Assembly (NCBI GenBank): GCA_021735045.1 | Contig: JAIPHU010000012.1 | Span: 3,917 to 35,916 of the forward strand | Reading direction: 5' to 3' | From: Candidatus Omnitrophota bacterium | GTDB lineage: Bacteria; Omnitrophota; Gorgyraeia; Duberdicusellales; 4484-171 | DNA length: 32,000 bases | Shown: in pieces, positions 25,140 to 32,000 of the stretch | Position numbering within the stretch: position 1 is the first letter of the stretch | Layout of the letters: each line of letters begins with the position of its first letter | Notes under the pieces: model-generated | Database searches by the model: none | Told to the model about the DNA's origin: nothing | Seen by the model: only the letters and a program-made list of their open reading frames with translations | Translations under genes and position numbers: made by a program

Positions 25140-25991
25140 ATGGATCCAAAAAAAATGGATTTAAAAAAAATTAAAAAAGTCGGAATTATTGGAGTTGGTT
25201 TCATGGGAGGTTCTTTAGCCTTAGCTCTTAAGAAGAGTTTTAGCAACTTTGAGATTATTGGACATGCTAGAAGTGATAAGGCATTCAAAAGGCTCAAAAG
25301 AGCCAAAGTTGTAGACAGGATAGAAAGATCTGATAAAAAAATAGCTAAAGAGGCAGATATTTTAATTTTAGCTACACCAGTGGGAATAATTGTTGATTTT
25401 TTAAAAAGAATGGGTTCTTATTTAAAAAAGGGAGCAATTGTTTTTGATTTAGGCAGTACCAAAGAGGAGATAGAAAAAGTAGCCAAAAAAAATCTTCCTA
25501 AAGAAGTTTCTTTTGTAGGTTGCCATCCTTTTTGTGGTTCAGAAAAAAGAGGAGCCGAAAAAGCAAAACAAAATCTTTATCAAGGAGCTATATGTTTTAT
25601 TACTTCAAGCAACAAAGCTTCTTATCTAGTCGAAAAAATTTGGAAAAAGGTTGGTTCCCGGGTTGTGAGAGTTGGCCCAAAAACCCATGATAATATCACT
25701 TGCTTAACTTCTCACCTTCCTCATTTTATTTGCTTTTCCTTGATTAATGCTATACCGGATAACTACCTAGAGTTTAGTTCATCAGGGTTTGCTGATTTGA
25801 CTCGAGTAGCATCTTCTTCGGGGGATTTATGGGCTGATATATTTTTAACTAATAAGAGCAAGATCTTAAAGCACATAGATAAATATAATCAAATTAGCAA
25901 TAAACTCAAGGATTCAATTATAAAAGAAGATAAGAAAAAATTGAAACTACTAATAAAAAAAGCTAATAAAAAAAGAAATAAGATTTTATGA
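25140..25991 (+). CDS. tyrA: prephenate dehydrogenase
   Basis: Rossmann motif VGIIGVGFMGGSLALAL, GCHPFCGSEK and THD...SHLPH. Confidence 0.85.
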   Translation: MDPKKMDLKKIKKVGIIGVGFMGGSLALALKKSFSNFEIIGHARSDKAFKRLKRAKVVDRIERSDKKIAKEADILILATPVGIIVDFLKRMGSYLKKGAIVFDLGSTKEEIEKVAKKNLPKEVSFVGCHPFCGSEKRGAEKAKQNLYQGAICFITSSNKASYLVEKIWKKVGSRVVRVGPKTHDNITCLTSHLPHFICFSLINAIPDNYLEFSSSGFADLTRVASSSGDLWADIFLTNKSKILKHIDKYNQISNKLKDSIIKEDKKKLKLLIKKANKKRNKIL

Positions 25992-26635
25992 TTATAGCTA
26001 TAGATGGCCCAGCTGGTTCAGGTAAAACTACAGTAGCAGAAAGGTTAGCTAAAAGATTAGGCTTTTTTTTTCTTGATACAGGGTCAACTTACCGAGCCTT
26101 AACTTATGCAGCTTTAGAAAATAATCTTAATTTAGAATCAGAAAAAGAGCTAACTGATCTAGCCGCTAGCCTAGATTTAAAAATTGATAATAATAAAGTG
26201 TATTTAAAAAGTATCGATATAAGCAAAGAGATTCGTAAACCAAGAATAGATAAAAATATTTCAAAAGTTGTTGGTTTTATTGAGGTAAGAAAAGTAATGA
26301 ATTCATTACAAAGAAAAGAGACTTTGGGGAAAGATTCTGTTGTCGAGGGTAGGGATATAACCACGGTGGTATTTCCTGATGCAGAATTCAAATTTTATCT
26401 TGATGCTGATCAAAAGATAAGGGCCAAAAGAAGAGTCCAACAGTTGCTTAAAGAAGGAGAAGTTGTTAATTCAGAAGAAGTCGAAGCTGATCTGGTAAAA
26501 AGAGATCAATCAGATAAAAATAGAAAAGTAGGTTCTCTTAAATTAACTAAGGAAACTCGTTATATCGATACGACCAATCTTTTAATTCCAGAAGTGGTTG
26601 AGAAATTGTTTAGTATCGTCAGGCCAAAAAAATAA
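25988..26635 (+). CDS. cmk: cytidylate kinase
   Basis: IIAIDGPAGSGKTTVAERLAKRLGF.FLDTGSTYRA and EGRDITTVVFPDAE.KFYLDA. Its start is in an ATGA overlap with the tyrA stop. Confidence 0.9.
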   Translation: MIIAIDGPAGSGKTTVAERLAKRLGFFFLDTGSTYRALTYAALENNLNLESEKELTDLAASLDLKIDNNKVYLKSIDISKEIRKPRIDKNISKVVGFIEVRKVMNSLQRKETLGKDSVVEGRDITTVVFPDAEFKFYLDADQKIRAKRRVQQLLKEGEVVNSEEVEADLVKRDQSDKNRKVGSLKLTKETRYIDTTNLLIPEVVEKLFSIVRPKK

Positions 26636-26666
26636 GGGCATACCTTATTTCAATTAATAAAAAAAT

Positions 26667-28463
26667 ATGGAACAAAACAGTAAAATTAGAAATTTTTGTA
26701 TAATAGCTCATATTGATCACGGGAAATCCACTTTAGCTGATAGGTTTTTAGAAATCGCCGGTACCGGGACTAAAGGAAAAGTTTCTCAGCAGATGTTAGA
26801 CAGTATGGACTTAGAAAAAGAAAGAGGTATAACTATTAAAGCAAAAGCAGTACGGCTAATTTATTCGGCCGGTGGAGCTAGTTATATCTTAAATCTTATC
26901 GATACTCCTGGTCATGTTGATTTTAGCTATGAAGTGGCTAAGTCTCTTAAAGGTTGTGAGGGAGCTATCCTTTTAGTCGATGCAGCTCAAGGAGTTGAAG
27001 CACAAACGGTAGCCAATTTTCATTTGGCTTTAGAAGGAGATCTAAAGATTATTCCGGTTCTTAATAAGATTGATTTACCTAGCGCAAATGTAGAAAGGTG
27101 TTATAGGGAACTATTTGACATTTTTGGTTTTAAGAAAGAAGAAATCTTAACAGTTTCAGCTAAAAATGGGACTGGGGTCAAACAGTTATTAGATAAAGTC
27201 ATCGAAGAAGTGCCGCCGCCTTCGGGTGATTCAAATAAACCGACAAAAGCAGTACTTTTTGATTCTGCTTATGATCTGTATCGGGGAGTAATACTGTTTG
27301 TAAGAATTTTTGATGGTAAGATTGAAATAGGAGATAGAATTTTATTGATGCACCAAAGAAAAGAGTATCGGGTTGAAGAGATAGGTATTTTCTGTCCTGA
27401 ACCGGTAAAAAAGGAAAGTTTGGCTTGTGGACAGGTTGGCTATATTTGTTGCAATATAAAAAATCCTAACGAAATTGATGTAGGTGATACTGTAACTTTA
27501 AGTTCTAATCCTGCTAAATCGCCTTTTGAAGGTTATCAAGAGATGTCACCGATGGTTTTTTCTGGGATTTTTCCTTCTTCTTCACAAGATTATGTAAGCC
27601 TGCGGGCAGCAATAGAAAAGTTAAACCTTTCAGATTCTTCTTTTAGTTATGAGCCAGATAGTTTGGGAGGCCTAGGATATGGGTTTCGTTGTGGATTTTT
27701 AGGCCTTCTTCATATGGACATAATTCAAGAAAGATTAGAAAGAGAATATAATCTTGATTTAATAGTTACATCGCCTAACGTTAAATATAAAATAAAACGT
27801 AAAGGAGAAGAGCAAATAGAAGAAATCGAAAGCGCACATCAATTTCCTGATCAACAAGAAGTGGAACAAGCATATGAGCCATATGTATCGGCTACGATTA
27901 TGGTTCCGGTTGATTTTATTGATCCTGTTTGTGATTTAGCTAAATCAAAAAGAGGGAATTTTATAAAGATGGATTATTTGGGCAAAGATCGATTGAATAT
28001 AATATTTGAGATACCATTATCGGAGATAGTTATTGATTTTTATGATAAAATAAAATCTGTAACTCGTGGTTATGGTTCTTTTGACTATGAGTTTTCCGGA
28101 TATAAAGAGACAGATATTGTTCAATTAGATATACTTTTTAATCAGAAAAAAGTTGATGCTTTTTCGCTTTTAGTTCATAAGGATAAGGCTGAAAGTAAAG
28201 GCCGGGCTGTTGCAGAAAGATTAAAAGAATTAATTCCGCGTCAAATGTATGAAGTTAAAGTTCAAGCCGCGATTGGGTCAAAAATTATTGCATCAACTAA
28301 AGTTAGAGCCATGAAAAAAAATGTTACTGCTAAGTGTTATGGAGGAGATGTTAGCCGAAAAAGAAAGCTCTGGGAAAAGCAGAAAAAAGGGAAAAAGAAG
28401 ATGAAACAGCTAGGTAGTGTTTCTGTGCCGCGGGAGGCATTTCTCGAAGTATTAAAAATGTAA
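26667..28463 (+). CDS. lepA: translation elongation factor 4 (LepA)
   Basis: IRNFCIIAHIDHGKSTLADR, DTPGHVDF, NKIDLP, the LepA-specific C-terminal region (...KCYGGDVSRKRKLWEKQKKGKKKMK) and a 598-aa length. Confidence 0.95.
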   Translation: MEQNSKIRNFCIIAHIDHGKSTLADRFLEIAGTGTKGKVSQQMLDSMDLEKERGITIKAKAVRLIYSAGGASYILNLIDTPGHVDFSYEVAKSLKGCEGAILLVDAAQGVEAQTVANFHLALEGDLKIIPVLNKIDLPSANVERCYRELFDIFGFKKEEILTVSAKNGTGVKQLLDKVIEEVPPPSGDSNKPTKAVLFDSAYDLYRGVILFVRIFDGKIEIGDRILLMHQRKEYRVEEIGIFCPEPVKKESLACGQVGYICCNIKNPNEIDVGDTVTLSSNPAKSPFEGYQEMSPMVFSGIFPSSSQDYVSLRAAIEKLNLSDSSFSYEPDSLGGLGYGFRCGFLGLLHMDIIQERLEREYNLDLIVTSPNVKYKIKRKGEEQIEEIESAHQFPDQQEVEQAYEPYVSATIMVPVDFIDPVCDLAKSKRGNFIKMDYLGKDRLNIIFEIPLSEIVIDFYDKIKSVTRGYGSFDYEFSGYKETDIVQLDILFNQKKVDAFSLLVHKDKAESKGRAVAERLKELIPRQMYEVKVQAAIGSKIIASTKVRAMKKNVTAKCYGGDVSRKRKLWEKQKKGKKKMKQLGSVSVPREAFLEVLKM

Positions 28464-28558
28464 ATAAGAAGATTCACACAGATAATGCGGATACACACAA
28501 ATGATTTAAGGGTAAATGTAAGGGCAGGGTTTGCTCTTGCTCAAAAAAAGGAAAAAAA

Positions 28559-29146
28559 ATGAAAAAGAAGAGTGTAATTAGAGAGTGGGTTGAGTCAATA
28601 GTTGTTGCAGCAGTTTTAGTAATAATTCTAAAAATATTCTTTTTCCAAATGTATAAAATCCCCACAACCTCGATGGTACCTACTCTTATGCCTGGGGATA
28701 AAATTTTTGTCAGTAAATTAAATTATGGACCGAAACTTCCTTTTGGTTTTTTTCGCTTGCCAGGCTTTAGCAAGATTCAAAGAGGAGACGTGATAGTTTT
28801 CGTTCCACCGCAAGAGGTAACACAACCTTGGTACCGGCGGAAACCTTATATAAAAAGAGTAATTGGTTTACCCGGAGAAACAGTACAAATAAAAAAAGGA
28901 AATATTTATGTAGATGACAAAGAAATTTTAGCGCCAGAGATCGCTGTTTTTTCTTATTATAACCAAGGTGATTATGGAAAAGTAGGAAAGAAAATATTAG
29001 TGCCAGATGATAAATATTTTTGTCTAGGAGATAATAGTATTAGTTCTAAGGATAGTCGCTACTGGGGTTTTGTTGATAAAAAACAGATAATTGGAGAAGC
29101 AATTTTTATTTGGTGGCCTCCAAAAAGAATCGGAATGATCGAATAA
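28559..29146 (+). CDS. lepB: signal peptidase I
   Basis: An N-terminal TM helix, the catalytic Ser box TSMVPTLMPGD, the Lys box YIKRVIGLPGE and GDNSISSKDSRYWGFV. Confidence 0.9.
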   Translation: MKKKSVIREWVESIVVAAVLVIILKIFFFQMYKIPTTSMVPTLMPGDKIFVSKLNYGPKLPFGFFRLPGFSKIQRGDVIVFVPPQEVTQPWYRRKPYIKRVIGLPGETVQIKKGNIYVDDKEILAPEIAVFSYYNQGDYGKVGKKILVPDDKYFCLGDNSISSKDSRYWGFVDKKQIIGEAIFIWWPPKRIGMIE

Positions 29147-29466
29147 TGAAAAGTCCAAAGTCCAAAGTCCAAAGTCCAAAGTCAATAAAAAATGTTGTAT
29201 TATCATTTGTAATCTTTTTGTTTTTGGCTGGTTGTGTTAAAACTCAAGAATATGTTTATAAGGATAATACTTTTAAGAGGGTTGGAGAAGAAGCCAAAAT
29301 CGAGCAGCTTCCCAAAAAAGAAGAGTGGATAGGTTCGTATCTAGAAAAAAATAACTTTATCAAACAGTGTCCTGTTTGCAAAAGAAGATATCAGGGTTCT
29401 TTAGAAAAATGTCCTTATGATGGCGCAAAATTAGAGAAAATAATAAGTTCGACAAATAACAAATGA
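29146..29466 (+). CDS. small predicted lipoprotein (106 aa) with a C-terminal CPxC...CPxDG zinc-ribbon-like motif; ATG at 29146 (TAATG overlap with lepB) preferred over the ORF-track start at 29110
   Basis: A basic n-region (MKSPKSKVQSPKSIK), a hydrophobic core and the lipobox FLAGC. The C-terminus carries CPVCKRRYQGSLEKCPYDGAKL. I recognise no family. Confidence 0.6.
   Translation: MKSPKSKVQSPKSIKNVVLSFVIFLFLAGCVKTQEYVYKDNTFKRVGEEAKIEQLPKKEEWIGSYLEKNNFIKQCPVCKRRYQGSLEKCPYDGAKLEKIISSTNNK
29150..29184 (+). repeat. heptanucleotide array AAAGTCC x4 plus AAAGTCA inside codons 2-13 of the lipoprotein gene
   Basis: Perfect units at 29150-29156, 29157-29163, 29164-29170 and 29171-29177. One variant unit at 29178-29184. 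Confidence 0.9.
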
Positions 29467-29570
29467 CAAATGCCAAATATCAAATAAATGACAAAATCAA
29501 AATTCCAAATTAATTTGAAATTTGAAATTAGGAATTGATTTGTTATTTGAAATTTGCAATTTGTAATTAA
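29455..29570. repeat. A/T-only imperfect palindrome built from CAAAT-type words (family 2, copy 2); its left arm overlaps the lipoprotein stop
   Basis: The central perfect palindrome is CAAATTAATTTG (29506-29517), flanked by imperfect arms. Words are shared with 2200-2322 (see that feature). Confidence 0.7.
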
Positions 29571-29612
29571 GATGAAATTAAAACTTAAGTTTATAGCAAG
29601 GAGGCAACCAAT

Positions 29613-30164
29613 ATGAGTTTTGCTGATAAAATTAGTTCAATTAGAATAATTCTCATTCCTGTTTTTGTATCTTTGCTTATTTATTCAAAAACCCATCCGA
29701 CTATGAGGTATTTTGCAGTGGCAGTTTTCATTTTAGCTGTTTTGAGTGATTTTTTTGATGGAATGGTAGCCAGAATTAAAAAAGAAAAATCTGAGTTAGG
29801 CCAAATCATCGACCCCTTGGCAGATAAGCTTCTTCTTTTGACTGCTTTTATAACGTTATTGCTTCTTAAGCAATATCCGATGTATCTATGGTTGGTTTTA
29901 ATTGTAGTAAGTAGAGATTTAATTATATCGTTTGGTTTTGCAATTTTAAGAATGCTTGAAGTTGAAGTAGAGATTTCTCCCTCATCTTGGGGGAAGTTTA
30001 CGACATTTTCTCAAATGGCAACGATTCTTTGGATTTTATTAAAAGTACCGTATCATTTTTATATTTCTTTAATTGCTGCTATTTTTACTTTAATTTCAGG
30101 CTTAGATTATTTTTTGAGAGGGATTAGAGCTTTAAATGCTAAAGTTAACTCTTCTGATAGCTAG
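29613..30164 (+). CDS. pgsA: CDP-alcohol phosphatidyltransferase (CDP-diacylglycerol--glycerol-3-phosphate 3-phosphatidyltransferase-like)
   Basis: The family motif D-x2-DG-x2-AR-x8-G-x3-D-x3-D appears as DFFDGMVARIKKEKSELGQIIDPLADK. A 183-aa polytopic protein with SD AAGGAGG. Confidence 0.8.
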   Translation: MSFADKISSIRIILIPVFVSLLIYSKTHPTMRYFAVAVFILAVLSDFFDGMVARIKKEKSELGQIIDPLADKLLLLTAFITLLLLKQYPMYLWLVLIVVSRDLIISFGFAILRMLEVEVEISPSSWGKFTTFSQMATILWILLKVPYHFYISLIAAIFTLISGLDYFLRGIRALNAKVNSSDS

Positions 30165-30735
30165 TTTTATTTTTGGGGCTATTCCAGTTGGTTATGTAAC
30201 TGCTCGAATAATCAGAGGTATTGATATTCGTCAGTTTGGTTCTGGAAATGTTGGAGCAACTAATGTTTTTAGGACAGTAGGCAAAGGCTGGGGTTTTTTG
30301 GTATTTGTTTTGGATTTTTCTAAAGGTTTTATTATCCCTTTTTTGGCTTATTCTCTGGGAGAGTTTGAGCCTTATTTTTTCATTGTTTTAGGAGTATTAG
30401 CCATCTTAGGCCATAACTGGACGCCTTTTTTAAAGTTTAGAGGTGGAAAGGGTGTTGCTACTAGTTTAGGAGTATTATTTGCATTATCTTTTTGTTTTAG
30501 TTCCTTTAAGTTAATATTACCGTTATCTTTAGGAGTTTGGGTAATTGTGTTTTTATTATCGAGGGTAGTTTCTTTAGCATCTATTTTAGCAAGTTTTACT
30601 TTTGTAGTGTTGTCTTTATTTTTGTCTTCGTTGATTGAAGTAAAAATTTTAGCAATGTTGCTTTTTTTACTGATTTTAATTAGGCATAAAAATAATATCA
30701 AAAGGATTTTAAAAGGAACTGAAAATAGATTTTAG
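30136..30735 (+). CDS. plsY: glycerol-3-phosphate acyltransferase PlsY
   Basis: GSGNVGATNVFR, GHNWTPFLKFRGGKGVATSLG and a 199-aa polytopic protein. Confidence 0.9.
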   Translation: MLKLTLLIASFIFGAIPVGYVTARIIRGIDIRQFGSGNVGATNVFRTVGKGWGFLVFVLDFSKGFIIPFLAYSLGEFEPYFFIVLGVLAILGHNWTPFLKFRGGKGVATSLGVLFALSFCFSSFKLILPLSLGVWVIVFLLSRVVSLASILASFTFVVLSLFLSSLIEVKILAMLLFLLILIRHKNNIKRILKGTENRF

Positions 30736-30741
30736 TGGGGT

Positions 30742-30770
30742 TTGACACTTTTATTTTATAAGAGTATAAT
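30742..30770 (+). promoter_or_regulatory. consensus sigma70 promoter upstream of recA (TTGACA, 17 nt spacer, TATAAT)
   Basis: TTGACA at 30742-30747 and TATAAT at 30765-30770 with an exact 17-nt spacer, 71 nt upstream of the recA ATG. Confidence 0.65.
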
Positions 30771-30840
30771 TCAACTACATATTTTTTTTCATTTTTCAAC
30801 TTAAAAAATATAAGTTTCATTAAAAAAAAGAGGTGATATT

Positions 30841-31866
30841 ATGGCAAAAAAATCAAATAATCAGGATGGTAAAACAAAAGCATTAAATCTTGCACTTTCG
30901 CAAATAGAAAAGCAATTTGGCAAAGGAGCAATTATGAGGATGGGAGAAGGGCGTAGTTTAGATGTATCGGTAATACCTACCGGAATTTATTCCTTAGATG
31001 ATGCTTTAGGTGCAGGTGGGCTTCCTAGAGGTAGAGCAATTGAAATTTATGGGCCGGAAGGCTCAGGTAAAACCACTCTTACTTTAAGTATTATTGCTCA
31101 AGCTCAGACTGAAGATGGCGTAGCTGCTTTTATTGATGCTGAGCATAGCTTTGATCCTAAATATGCAAAATTGATCGGAGTTAATTTAGAAGATCTTTTA
31201 ATATCTCAGCCAGATACAGGGGAACAAGCCTTAGATATTGTAGAAGCCTTAGTTCGCTCAAATGCAGTAGATATGATAGTTATTGATTCGGTTGCGGCGC
31301 TTGTGCCGAAAGCTGAAATTGAAGGGCAGATGGGAGATTCGAAGATAGCTCTTCAAGCTCGGTTAATGAGTCAGGCTATGCGTAAGTTAACGGCAGTTGT
31401 AAGCAAATCAAAAACATGTGTTGTTTTCATCAACCAAATTAGAGAAAAGGTTGGGGTTATGTTTGGTTCGCCTGAGGTAACACCAGGTGGCCGAGCTTTA
31501 AAATTTTATTCATCGGTAAGAATCGATCTCAGGAAACGGGCAACTTTGACTACAAACGATGGGGTTGTTGGTATCAGAGTAAGGGCAAAAGTAGTTAAAA
31601 ATAAAGTAGCACCTCCTTTTCGTGAAGCTATGTTTGAAATTATGTACGATGAAGGAGTTTCAAAAACAGGAGCCTTAATTGATGCTGCAATGGAAAAGGG
31701 TGTGTTAACTCAATCAGGAAGTTGGTTTTCTTTAGGAGATAAAAATATAGCTCAAGGAAAAGAAAAGTTAAGAAAAACACTTAAAGAAGACAGTCAATTA
31801 AAAGAAAAAGTTGAAAAAGAACTGGCTAAGGTAACCTCGGATAAAAAAGGCCAGGAAAACGAATAA
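30841..31866 (+). CDS. recA: recombinase RecA
   Basis: [21 protein letters not shown], Walker [20 protein letters not shown] and [28 protein letters not shown]. Confidence 0.97.
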   Translation: MAKKSNNQDGKTKALNLALSQIEKQFGKGAIMRMGEGRSLDVSVIPTGIYSLDDALGAGGLPRGRAIEIYGPEGSGKTTLTLSIIAQAQTEDGVAAFIDAEHSFDPKYAKLIGVNLEDLLISQPDTGEQALDIVEALVRSNAVDMIVIDSVAALVPKAEIEGQMGDSKIALQARLMSQAMRKLTAVVSKSKTCVVFINQIREKVGVMFGSPEVTPGGRALKFYSSVRIDLRKRATLTTNDGVVGIRVRAKVVKNKVAPPFREAMFEIMYDEGVSKTGALIDAAMEKGVLTQSGSWFSLGDKNIAQGKEKLRKTLKEDSQLKEKVEKELAKVTSDKKGQENE

Positions 31867-32000
31867 ATAATTGCATTAAGTATAAGACACTACGCCGAGT
31901 AATTCGGCTTAAGTGTCATTAAAAATAAAGGTATTCGCTAAATAATTGCATTAAGTATAAGACACTACGCCGAGTAATTCGGCTTAAGTGTCATTAAAAA
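31864..32000 (+). repeat. tandem direct repeat (62-nt unit, 75-nt period, at least 2 copies, truncated by the window edge), each unit carrying the family-4 hairpin
   Basis: 31864-31925 is identical to 31939-32000. Copy 1 begins with the recA stop TAA. Hairpin GACACT-AC-GCCGA-GTAAT-TCGGC-TTA-AGTGTC lies at 31886-31917 and 31961-31992. Confidence 0.9.

Noticed and set aside
28517-28540. Third GTAG-type hairpin after lepA (AAATGTAAGGGCAGGGTTTGCTCT).
   Set aside because: The head is GTAA rather than GTAG, and the stem is weak (about 5 of 6 bp with mismatches). It is too degenerate to count as a family member and is mentioned only as a possible relic.
28485-28562. A 25-codon upstream ORF (MRIHTNDLRVNVRAGFALAQKKEKK) ending in an ATGA overlap with the lepB start.
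   Set aside because: There is no SD or other support. It is short and unremarkable in composition, and its existence cannot be distinguished from chance without conservation or ribosome-profiling data.
29110-29145. ORF-track start at 29110 for the lipoprotein, and TTG at 16089 for pyrH.
   Set aside because: The 29110 start would place 12 codons inside the end of lepB and ahead of the signal peptide, whereas the ATG at 29146 gives a canonical n-region, h-region and lipobox. For pyrH, the ATG at 16116 has a GGAGA SD at the proper distance and gives the conserved N-terminus.
30770-30816. A canonical LexA/SOS (Cheo or E. coli type) box upstream of recA.
   Set aside because: No CTGT-N8-ACAG, GAAC-N4-GTTC or GTTC-N7-GTTC pattern is present. 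Only a short A/T-rich inverted repeat is seen, and it is reported as a low-confidence finding.
31864-32000. Possible CRISPR array at the right edge.
   Set aside because: The repeat unit is 62 nt and the spacer only 13 nt, which is the reverse of CRISPR proportions. No cas genes are present. The unit is related to a solo hairpin in the tRNA operon. It is better described as a tandem REP-like or structured repeat.
1-32000. A hidden novel multi-gene system (defence, secretion or biosynthetic cluster).
   Set aside because: Every ORF over 100 aa except the 5' partial ORF and the 106-aa lipoprotein carries clear motifs of a core housekeeping family, and intergenic space is small. I found no cluster of unknown genes, no compositional break and no mobility genes that would support such a claim.

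Overview
Low-GC (roughly one third G+C by eye), about 90% coding stretch of chromosomal core from a diderm bacterium, since lpxB, an msbA-like exporter and mlaEFD are all present. It is probably an uncultivated lineage, but I cannot assign taxonomy from sequence alone. I call 31 protein genes and 3 tRNAs. All are on the + strand except an lpxB/oxidoreductase pair.

Gene order:
- partial ORF, then mlaE-mlaF-mlaD
- radA, yacL-like PIN/TRAM gene, ispD-ispF-cysS-tmk, mnmG
- lpxB and a Gfo/Idh/MocA oxidoreductase (minus strand), divergent from the msbA-like gene
- rpsB-tsf-pyrH-frr
- tRNA-Lys, tRNA-Leu, tRNA-Gly
- ptsN-yvcK-ptsH-ptsI
- pheA-hisC-aroF-tyrA-cmk
- lepA-lepB, small lipoprotein, pgsA-plsY, recA

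I see no integrase, transposase, CRISPR array, toxin-antitoxin pair or defence genes, and no convincing new protein-encoded system. The window reads as ordinary housekeeping DNA.

The unexplained content is non-coding:
1. At least four families of short intergenic repeat or hairpin elements recur at gene junctions. They are built from 6-8 nt words, and some include the upstream stop codon.
2. A 22-nt duplicate of the tRNA-Gly 3' end lies 132 bp downstream of the gene, which looks like an att scar.
3. A heptanucleotide array (not a multiple of 3) sits in codons 2-13 of a lipoprotein gene coupled to lepB.
4. A structured 5' leader precedes rpsB.
5. A 62-nt hairpin-containing unit is tandemly repeated after recA and runs off the window edge.

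All functional calls rest on motifs I recognise by eye. No searches or folding calculations were run.
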